The translations under genes and the position numbers were made by a program. The notes under the pieces were generated by a model. The model worked only from the letters and a program-made list of their open reading frames with translations, had not been told where the DNA came from and did not search any database. A stretch of 64,000 nt of DNA from Chrysomallon squamiferum. Its lineage: Eukaryota; Animalia; Mollusca. Where the stretch lies: the NCBI GenBank assembly GCA_012295275.1, contig CM022673.1:9424001-9488000 (forward strand), read 5' to 3'. This document shows, piece by piece, positions 43,053-55,543 of this stretch (positions are counted from its first letter, which is position 1; each line of letters opens with the position of its first letter).

Positions 43053-46000
43053 TACACACCAAAACTGACACTCATACACAGGTAACACACACATTAAGTG
43101 TAATTTAATACTAGACGTAACTTCACACATGCTCGTGAAAATAACGTTGATAAAATAACCAGTGAGTAAAAACAAGGTTGTTATGACTCACCTCTTTCTA
43201 ACAGAAGTTTAATAACATCAACTTTGCAGTATCTGGCTGCCTCATGCAGTGGGGTCCCAGATGACGTCTGCAACACACACATGCAAGTTAGAGTTAGGTG
43301 CAGTCAAACAACGGCAAACACTGTCATGAACGGTGACAACAACGTTCAGATGAAGTATGTAAGTTGAACGATGTCTCAGTACATTTTTAGTTAAAACAAA
43401 GATTTTTAGTACATTTTAAATAAAACAGATGTTAAACACAATGATGATGAGATGAAACCTGTAATTATCATCATCCCAGTTAAAATACAACTTGCTTTTT
43501 ATTGATATTTATAAGGTGTTCGTATCGCGTGTTGTTTGATGATACTGAAGAAGAAAACTGTATTATCACAGGTTAAAATTTAACAACTACAAGGTGTTAA
43601 TATTATATCTTGTTTAATGATGATATTAAAGAAGAAACCAGCATCATCATGCCAATTAAATGATAAAACTTTCCATTAACAAAGCATTAAAATAACATCT
43701 TGTTTAATGATGATATTAATGAAGAAACCTGAATCATCATCCCAATTAAATGATAGTTCATTATTAATTTTACGTCAGCTGTTGTTACATGAGTGTTGCA
43801 TAATGAAGCTAAAATGATATGAATAACATTATGTCAATTATGAGTTAAACAGTTACTCAACTAGTTTCCTATTAGCATTTATTTATTAGGTATTAATTAC
43901 ATTTTCTGTCAAATGACATTAGAAAGGAAACCACATAACCATCCCTGTCTTTTAACTAAATGTATTTTTACAGTTATCAGGAATCCTTTAAATATTTCTT
44001 TATTAATGATATTAGAAAAGAAACCTTTTCATCATCCGGATAAATGACAATTCAACTAAATGTATATCAGCAATAACCAACTAAATATGAATTTTCTTGA
44101 ACAAAAATATTAGACAAGTAATTCATTACCACCACCCCAGATATATATATATATATATACTTATGAGTTAGCAGGAAGTGATCTTTAATATTCACCTTCC
44201 CATACTTTGGAATACAATTACCATAGATTTTGATGACCCAGTTGTGGAGTACTGAATGGAAGAGGAAATAAGTGAATGTAAAAATTGATTTTAAATCCAA
44301 TCTTATTAAATCTACAGTGTCGACGAATTTATTTGGGACGTATAAAAGATGGAAAGAAAAAAGTTAGAAAAACAAAAAGATGACAGACTTATAAAGAAAT
44401 GTTTGCTTAAAATTTTGATATCAAACATTATTCATGCATCAGATTTAGTTTACGCAGTATTTTTCATTTGTCTGTGAAAAACAAAGAAACCATTATTGAA
44501 GGCCTAGCATTAAATTTGAAAATAGCAAATCCTGATCGATGATTGTGAAATACTAGTGTTTAATAAATCACTGTTTTTCACCCCACTTTGATACAACATG
44601 CTGTTTTTCACCCCACTTTGATACAACATACTGTTTTTCATTTGAAAACAATTCACCCCACTTTGATTATTTTTTCATCCCAGGATACAACATGCTGTTT
44701 TCACCCCACTTTATATACAACATTGTTTTTTTCTAAAATAAATTAATTAATTTAAAAATATTACGATTTTTACCTTGAAAATAAAAATTAATGGAAAAAC
44801 AATTTACCTGAATAAAAGAGTAATTAGTACAGGTAATACAATGTTACTGTGTTTGTAACAACATGACATTAGTACACTCACAATATACAATGAAATTCTA
44901 ACATTTAAAGGTAAAAAAAAAAATGTTATAAAACTAAACTGTTATCAAAAGGTTTTTTTTAGAGTATTTTGAGATTTGAATTGTTAACACAAACTGAAAC
45001 ATAAACAGATATGTAGTTATATTTGTAACACATTGTAATTATTAATACAAACAAATATATACTGCACCATATACCATGTACACAGTTATCCACATGCTCA
45101 AAATTAAACTTAATACACACAAACCATACTCACTCTAACACACACACACACGCATGCACACACACACACAACACACACTCACTATAAAGGCCCAGTCAAT
45201 TAGCAGCATGGAAACTAATTCAGAATTTCAAACTCCCCATAATATTTTATCTGTATGGGGAGTTTTTTTAATATCTCTTTTTACTTATTAAAGTTCAGCA
45301 CTGGACATATGCTACATAGTAAATATTATTTTGTTTTTGTTACAGCATTCTCTTAATTTCATGCAATGCACAGGCAAACAATAAACAATGTTTAATAATA
45401 ACTTAATTAATTTCAACCAAGGATAAGGTTACATTACGTGGATCATGCCAGCGTACCTTCAGATTAATGGGGAATCCTGCATTGAGAAGGTATTTGACAA
45501 TACTCGTGTGCCCAGCCCTCGCTGCCCTGTGAATAGGGGAGTGGTCGGGCATGATGTGTTTGGTGAGATTTGGATACGTCGACAACAACTGCTTGACAAC
45601 ATCAGTTCGGCCGTACTGAGCTGCAAAGTCGAGGGGCGAGTCATTGGCGATGTTTCGAATGGTTGGGTCAGCTTTGTCCTGAAAATAAAAAATAAATAAA
45701 AAAATTTTTTATATATAAAAATTATTATTTCTTCTTATTTTGAGCATACCCTGAACTTTAAGGATAAATCTGTTATCTCTGAAGCATAGATCTAATTCCA
45801 GGTTTATCTGGAGTTTGTATCTGTCTTTTGCACATGATTCATTCTGAAGACAGAGGCATTGGGTACCAAGATATCTTTTTTAACAGACATGTATGCAATA
45901 TGTCAAAGGCAATAACCAAGTCTGTGGCTTGTAAACCAGATGCTGTTTTTTTGACATTTAATGTTGTTGTTTGTGGAAATTGTTAGCTGAGCTCTTTTTT

Positions 46001-46666
46001 TATACAACAAATAAAAAAATATTAAAAAATGAGCTCAAATGATTTCTCTTAAATATCCAAAGTTTATCATCTGAAGTAACACTATAATCAGACTTTTTAT
46101 CTCATTGCAGAGGTATAAAAATACTGTATAAGTTACAATTAAACTGTATTCCTTTTGGAATCATATATATATATATATGTGTGTGTGTGTGTTCACTCTG
46201 TTTAAAGATGAATGGTTTAATGATACGTTTTACAGTATTTTCGTATTTATTATGACTAAAATAAAGACAAATGAAATTTAAAAAGAAAAAAGAGAATATA
46301 CTACTCTGCTACTAGAATGATTTGTACTGGTTAGTTTAGAATTAATGTCTTTAATGAGATTTAGAAACAAAGGGAGACAACCTACCTGTAACAGGATTGA
46401 CACTGTTCCTGTGTGTCCGTGTTGAGCAGCAAAATGAAGAGCAGTATCTCCAGAAATATTCTGTAACAACAACAACAACAACAACAACAGAATGAAGTAG
46501 GTCTTTACAGCTTTAGAATAATAATGATAATAAAAACAGTAATAAGGTACTTAAATGGTAACAAATGTAGTAGAAGAATTGTTGCAGTAATAATAATACA
46601 AATTCTGTAGCAATGATGATGATGATGATGATGATAATGAGGACAATAATAACAATGATGATGATG

Positions 46667-46707
<41 letters not shown>

Positions 46708-48369
46708 AATAATAATAATAATAACAATGTATAATATATGTAATTTTAATACCTGCATGTTTATTTGTGTAGGGGTACCTGATGGCTGCAACAACAACAT
46801 GCAGATGTCTGAACGTCCACTCCACGCCGCGAGGTGCAGTGGTGTACATCCCTTCTCATCAACGGCGTTCGTTGATGCTTCGTTTTGCAGAAGAATCTGA
46901 ACAAAATCTCTGTGGGGAAACAAGATAATAACAGTGTAATTAAAATATGTTTAAATTGTAAAACAAAGAAATAACAGTGTAATTAAAATATGTTTAAATT
47001 GTAAAACAAAGTAATAACAGTCTAATTAAAATGTATTTAAATTGTAAAACAAAGAAATAACAGTGTAATTAAAATGTATTTAAATTGTAAAACAAAGTAA
47101 TAACAGTGTTATTAAAATATATTTAAATTGTAAAACAAAGTAATAACAGTGTAATTAAAATATATTTAAATTGTAAAATCAAATGATGAAATCATATAAC
47201 AAAATATATTTAAACTGTAAAACAAAATGACAATTGTATAATAAAATGACATAACCGTGTATCAAAATAATACAATAATGTAACACAAAACCTCACAATA
47301 ATTCTGTTACAAAATAACCTTATAATTATACTTTGGTAACAGAACAATGTAGTACAATTTTAATACAACAGAATGATAATAATAATTATGTAACAAAATA
47401 ACAGTTGTAATTAAATATTACCTAAAAACAAATGTTATTAACTACATATTTTACAATTATATCAGTATTAATTTCAAAATAATAATAAACATTTTAAAAT
47501 GTAAAGAATTAAACCTTAGGGAAAAAAAAATAATAATAATAATAAAAAATAAAAATCTAAATATACACACCCAATTTAAAATGATTACTTTTCATATAAC
47601 TGTCTAGTTATCTGACATACAAGAGCTTTCATTTTCCTTTCAACCATTCTGCCTGCTGGTTGTGGAATTATTGACAAATGAATGTGGTTATAGAATTTAT
47701 GAAAAATTGGCAAACAGAATTGTGTCTTGCCTACAGCAGTATTACAGCATTATTCAACAGCATGGTTTTATTTCTCTTTAAGTTTTCACTGTGTAATTTA
47801 GCAACAATGTTTTTCAGAAATGGAAACCCATCATCTCTGTAGTAAATTTAATAATCTGCATATAGTTTAGATCAGTGGATTTGTAAATCAGTATTCACTG
47901 TTCAGTGTTCTGATCCAGCATCAGTGGGGGTAAATCTGGAAATTTACAAATTTAATTGAATTTTTATTTGCTGTAATTGCTATTACAGTGCCGTGGTTGT
48001 TGCAGCTGCTGCTGCAATTATATACTATTACATTACATTATAGTTTTATTCAGTAAAGGACAATTAAATATTTTTTTTAAATATCCCCCTTTAAAACATC
48101 CCCCTTTTAAGAAAGGAAAGATTTAAAGTTTTTTCAAATGTAAAATATATTTTGGTGAAATATGCTGGTCTAATTTGTTTGCTTAACAGGATAATACTAA
48201 TTTTACTGAAAATTTGTATATATATATATGTGTGTGTGTGTGTGTATATATTAAATATTAAATGTGAATATTTATCAGAAGTACTCCTAATTTTGTGTAA
48301 ATTTTGTTTCGTAACATTCATACCCTTAACCCACTGCAAAACCACCACCACCAACATCAACAACAATGA

Positions 48370-48418
<49 letters not shown>

Positions 48419-48845
48419 GCTGCTACTACTACTAATAATAATAATAATAATAATAATAATAGCAATAATAGTAATGTTCAGTTTGCTTTTTGTCCAAACA
48501 CAGTATACAACTCATAATACAAATAATCCAAATGTCAAAATCCAAAAATTATATTTATCCATTTATAGACCAAAGTGACCATTTTGGGAAATTTGTGATT
48601 ACAAATGTGATCAGATTTTTCATCTGGGGAGTAAATTTTTCTATTACTAACGAAAAGTCTCAGAAATTTTGCCTTGAGACAATGGAAAAACAGTTTTCTA
48701 GAATGGGAAAAGTTGTAAATAAAAATCCAATAAACAAATAAACTGAACTGAGTATGTGAATGAGTGTATGTGTTTGTGTGTGTTAATTTTTAATGGTATA
48801 ACTGGTTACATAACAACAATAATAGTAATAATAACAAGCATAAGC

Positions 48846-48887
<42 letters not shown>

Positions 48888-51800
48888 GTAATAATAGTAA
48901 CAATAATAAAAAGCATAAGCATAATAATAATAATTATTATTATTTCCATTTTATCTTTGTATTTATCACCATCCTCCTCATCATTATTATCATCATCATC
49001 ATCATCTAAGATTGTGGTTTCACATCTAAGTTCAAACAGTAAACACTGTGTATATGAATGATCCAATGCTGAAAGTGTGAGATGCTGAACACAAGGCACT
49101 TTTAAAAGTTTCCTCATATACTTTCATATAACTGAATCAATACAATGAACATTTAAAATTTCTTACAGAGCCTGCACACAAATCAATTTAATACTGACCT
49201 CTCCACCATTTATCAAATCTGTGCTTAGTTTTATTGATTCCAGGCAGTTACTGCGAGTCATTAAGTATTTCTGTATTATACACATACATATCAATGTATA
49301 ACATGATGAAAGAGAAGAGAGAGAAAGAGAAAGAGAGAGAGAGAAAGCAAGAGAGAAAGATAGAGAGACACACACACATAAACAAATATATACAAACAAC
49401 TGGGTACTTTCTTTAAGAAAGAAAATCAGTCCTTTGCAACTTAAAAAACTGACTTTTTTTATGTTCCAACCAGTGCCTCATAATTGATTTACTAAAAAAT
49501 ATTAGGGGAAGGTGCTTATAAAATATTCTTTATTGCTAATTAATAGTGGTATTATGTGTGGTGTCCAGCGATATACAATAATATCAAGTAAAATGCACAT
49601 TAAAAATGCATTTAATTAAATCAAAAACATTTTTCTTCTTCTTATACGTAAGTGTACATTAATGTTGCATAGTAAGAAATACACAATATACAGACATTTA
49701 TATGCACATATGTATATCAAGTTCCTTCTACTGAATGACATTTTATAAAAAAAAAAAAGTAAAATGAGAAACAAAACTCTTATACATAAATGTACATTAA
49801 TGTTGCATAGTAAGAAATACACAATATACATTTATATGTAAGACATTTATATGACATATGTATATCAAGTTTCTTCTACTGAATGACATTTTATAAAAAA
49901 AAAAAGAAGAAAAATGAGAAACAAAACGTTAATGTACCTTATTTCTTGTTTATCAAAGAAAAAGATTTAAATGGATTAATACAGACACACACACACACAC
50001 ACACACATTATATACAAATGCATGTTTCATTAATTTCATTTATCTCTCTCTGTACTCTTTCACACAGACAGTTTGATAACCAACAAATAAAGGTCAGCAA
50101 TAAGCGACAGCAGATGATATACAGGAAATCACAGGCATGTAATAAGGCATGGAATAATTAGTATTGATTTCTCCCTGTACCAAAAAATCTTTCCACAGAG
50201 CTCTATATATACATACATACATACATGACACCCACAGCATCCTGTGATATGTAAGCGGCTTTAAGAAGACAAGATGACACCTCAGTGTGGTTTAAGGCTT
50301 AGCTATGTTGATGGAGGATTCTTCAAGTCGAGTTTATGAGGACTGCCGCCCATCACAGTCACTACTTTAAAAACACAGGCTTCTGAGTTCTGTAGACTGC
50401 AACAGCAGTGACTGAAGATATTGAGCTGAAGTTTTATTGGAAAGACGAAGAGCTTACCATTATTAATGTTTGCTATATTTTAAAAAGATAGATTTGTGTA
50501 GATTAAAACAGTAGTGACTGAGGACGAGAAGATACTACATTCAAGTCTTGTTAGAAGACGAAGAGCTTAGCATTATTAACTTTTGTTATGTTCAAAAACA
50601 TAGGTTTCTGTATATTTCAAAGGTAGTGATTAAAACTTAGTTCAGGGGTCTGACAGTTAACAAGTTCTGTTCCCACTGCTTGCTCCAGGACAAAAGAAAG
50701 ATGAAGAACCGTGAGTTTCTCATTTCAAATCTAAGTGACAACTCTAGTTCTAAACAAAGACAGAGCTTTCTTGTAGCCTTTTACTTTCAGTTATTTTCAT
50801 TCTTCTTGATGATCCACAAACATCAGTTACAAAAGCTGGTGACTGTTTGCAGGCAAGTGTTTGTCATTTATCTAAAACAGTTGTTACCAACCCCCATTAA
50901 GTCCTGGTGTCTTCATTACTGCTGCAAAAGGTCCTTCTAGTAATGCTAATATAATCAGTGATCACGAGGCCATGGCTATTTGGATATTAAATATCCCAGC
51001 CAAACATGATAGGAAGCAGCTGATGTAATAGCAGAAGGTGGTGTTTGTGGCAACCCCAGGTTTCATTTCACATCATTATTTTTTACAGAAAACAGCATGA
51101 AATGAGTAAATGAGACGAAGTGTTGTTAAAAAAGTTTTCTAGAACCGTATAAACTGTAAATGTTTTCTAGTTTCAGACACCAGTTTTGTACAATATCACA
51201 TTTGCCACAGACCCCAGCAATACATATAAACAACCATATAAACAGTACATAAAGACAAAACAAAACAAGAACATAAAAAATGAGAACAAAAACACGCAAC
51301 AGACAAAACATATTGTGTTACCAGTTATTTGTAAAAGGATAAACTTTTGACACTAATATTAAAACAAACTTTTTAAAATTTAAAAAAAATAAAAAAAGAC
51401 ATGATAAAATTTCAAACTATTTAGCTGTAAACAGTGTCTCAGAACCTTGTACTTTGAACCATAGCCTGTCCGGTTTTGAAAACAGTTACATAATGTTCTT
51501 AACATTATCAAAAGTACACAGGAGATAGTGTAAAGGAAAAGCCTGAATGTATTGTGTGCATTTCTTAGATCTTGTTTTGTCCCTTTCTTGTCAACATTTA
51601 TCAGCAAAGTGCTAACAAAATGTAATCATCCAAATCAGTTGTATTATATATAACTTACTTTTAATAGATTAAATAATTATATTTACCAATTTACTTATGT
51701 GTTTTGAAAATTTTTGTAAGGGAATGTATTGTTATTTTTATTGTATCTTCACTCATTTGTAGAACTAGTTCAAAATTTTCAGTGATAAGGGTACATTGTG

Positions 51801-53696
51801 ATATTCAGTCAGTCAAATAAGGATTAAAACAACAGATTGTTAAATTTACCAGCTCAGTTCTGTGAAAATTTATATAATACAATGTTATGTTCACTAATTC
51901 ATGTATTTATTTCAAATTTAAGTAATAGTTATATTCAGTTTATATATATATATTATTATCATATATATGTATGTATGTATTTATGTGTATAGCTATATGT
52001 GTGTGTGCATACATAGAGTAAAAATATTATTAACCCATTCACGTATTTATTTCAAATTTAAATGAAACATTGTTACATTCACCCTCTCAAGTGTTTAACA
52101 ATGACATACACTATGCACAAGAGATCAGCCTTTTATCAAAGAAATCTAAAAATAAAAGTAATTTTCTAGAGCAGATTTTGATGTCCATTCCTCAAGTTAT
52201 AAATCTCACAGACTTCTTATCAAATCATCAATACAAACAGTGTAGGCAAACAGTTCCCCTTGGCTGTGTGTAAACTGTATATTCTGGACACTGTGTATTC
52301 TGCAGGATAAATTTGTTATAATCAATGCATCATATAATCAAAGAGATTTTTTTTTTTTTTTTTTTTAAGCATGCAGCAATGAGTCAGAAAAATATAAATG
52401 AGGGGGAAGAAAAGTTTAATATTTAAGATTACTTACAGGAACATCCCCAGGGGAGATTGGGTGGGAGATACATTTCATTTGGTTGGTGGGCGTGTATCAT
52501 TACTACAGCATTCTGTGACATTAATTTTTTTAAATGTATTTATCAGTTACTAATGGTGTTTCTTAACCCTAGAAAAAAAACTAATTTTGAACATCCAGGA
52601 ACCTAAAGTGACTGCTTTGGTATTCACATCAAATTAAGTTACAACAGAATCATTTGATATCTGGGCATTTTCTGCTTTCTTGTTATTTTTTGCTTTTTTT
52701 AAGTTTTTGTTATTTGGTTTTTAAGGGATGTTTTGTTGTTGTTTTTGCCATTAAAATATGATATGCACTACAAAGTAGTGAAATGAACAAAAATAACAAC
52801 ATTCAGAAAAAGAAAAAATTATGAGACTTACAGATACAATCATACACACAATAAAACATTTGTGGATTCTAATCACTGACCAAAAATATCAAAATTTATC
52901 TAGTCATCCTATCTTGCAATTTAAAGAGATTGCAGGATAAATATATATATGAATATTTAAATTATGTTACAAAATCTTTGTCACCTTTTCATTCTTTGTT
53001 GTTGGACTTCTTGTTTTTATTTATTTGTTTTGTTTTGTTGGTTTGTCCTTTATTTTATTTTTTAAAGGTAATATATATTTCAAATTACATTTTTTTTAAA
53101 TTTATATTGCATTTACTGTTTATTAATTTAACCACTTTTTAATTTTTATACACTGTTGTTTATCCATTATTTATAATCAAAATAAATTCATTTAGTTTCT
53201 TTTATTCTAATGATCTCCAACATATTCAAAAATCATCGTAACAGCAAAAATTCTTCAACCTCTGACTTTTTATTCCACACTGAAAACTCGTAAGAACAAA
53301 TTCGTCATCCGTTATTTTCCATTATTTTATCTCAAGGACATTTCTTAATTTGTTGACCAAAGGAATCACTCAGATATAGCCGCAGGATAATTAAATTACT
53401 GGGTCTAATTGTGAAGTGAGAACAGTAACAGATTGAGAAGAACAAGAGACAAATACACATTTGGTAGCGAAAGTGTCTCACAGAGTACTTTAGACAATAC
53501 AGATGGATGTAATTTTAACACTTAATGGGAACAATGTGCCAAAAATAAATTTAAAAAAAATAATTTTTACCATTTCAGAATTGACATCAAGGGAATAAAA
53601 CAAATAATTTACCATAAAAATTCTGGCACTAGTTTATTTAATTTTAATTTTCTTATTTTATGAACATCTCTAACAAACACACATGTGTGTGTACAT

Positions 53697-53733
<37 letters not shown>

Positions 53734-53756
53734 GGTGTGTAATACAAGTTGATAAT

Positions 53757-53808
<52 letters not shown>

Positions 53809-55505
53809 GAAATCCTTGGGATCCTCAGTTATTGACAATTAAGATAAATTAAATTTAACTGTATTAAAGAAACAAACGTTATTCAGTCAGGAATAATTAT
53901 GGGTATACATGTGCCAAGTTAAAGTCTGGACAGACAAAATGACAAAGCAGAAAACATTTTTATTTTCATGTATTTGCAGTTTGATTTCAGATAAGTACTA
54001 TTATAAAATTATGCATCCCTTAGACTAAACATTGTCAGACTTGCATCAATAAAATTAAAATTTTATTACATAAATTTAGAAATTAGTATAAGTTAGGTAT
54101 ATATATATATATATGTGATTTGGGATGAATATATTTTGAATGGTTAAGTTGGTTTGATTTAAAATATGTTATCATAATATGTTAGATATCTTAGATATTC
54201 AAGGCAACTTTTATTTTTCATTTCCACACCCCTGTGTTTTAATTAATCTATTTGTTTGTCTTTATATATGTGCATTAAGTTTATTATTTTTCATTTTAAA
54301 ACCACAGTGTATTGTTTATGAAAAAGTTAATTAAAAAGGTAATTAGGTAACAAAAACAGCACAATGAAAATCAATTACGTTCATGCTGATAAAAGAGGAT
54401 TATACGAGTTTAACACATCAAGCATAAGGAAATTAATCTTGTTAAAACGACAGATTATCGTCATGTGGTTTAATCCATTTGTTATTACAATCATGCGAAA
54501 TCAAGTCAGTTAGTCTTATGCAGGGTTTAAGCATATCTGTCTAGGATATGACATCCACATATTTTTTTTTTAATAGATATTTATCTGTAAATATAAAGTA
54601 CATTTACCTATAAATTCAGGGTGTAATTTCTGTACATTCTATGTATATTTACTGTACATTCAATAGCTCAAACACTAATCAAAAGATCTGAAACCAAATT
54701 TTCCTTAAATTTCCTATCTGATACAAATACATACTGGAAACATGTATCTGATTTGGTGTAATTTAAATGTATACACACACATACAGAGACAGACACAGAT
54801 AAATTAATATATATTCAATATATGTATAACATGTATATTCCCAGTTTAATCAGGCTGTAAAAACCTGTTCAGTTTCTGTCATTAAAAATGTATTTGCCTG
54901 TAATTCACCCATCCGTATATTTTTACCTGCACATTAAGTCTGTAACACCTGTGTGTATTCAACATATAAAAGCTCTAACAGTAATTAAAAGCTCTAACAC
55001 TTAACAGTAATGAAAAGATCTGAATTTTCAAATTTTCCTGAATTTTCCTACCTAATATGAACACCTCGAAAACCAAAATTTATTTCATAAATGAGGTGCT
55101 GACAGCCAGAATGGTATAAACCGTAAGAAGAAAGTACTATTGATTACTGTGATAGATGTTGATAAGATAAGTCGGTATCTGAAATATGCAACCCATGCTG
55201 ATTACACTTGTACAATATACCAATGAATAACTCTTATTACTTTTATTTTATTTATTTCTTTATTTTTATTTGTTTTAAGCAAAGTTTATTTCTGTTTGTA
55301 TTTGTCAACAAGCATAGCCTATACAAAATCACTTCTCTACTTATATATTACTAACTACTTCTACTACCACTACTTCCACTACCACAATTACTTTTTTCTT
55401 CTTTTTTTTAAATAATTATTGTTATTGCTGTTGTTGTTGTTGTTATTAGTATATTTCAAAAATTTCAACATCAATTATCTCAACACTGTTACTTCACACT
55501 ACTTC

Positions 55506-55543
<38 letters not shown>

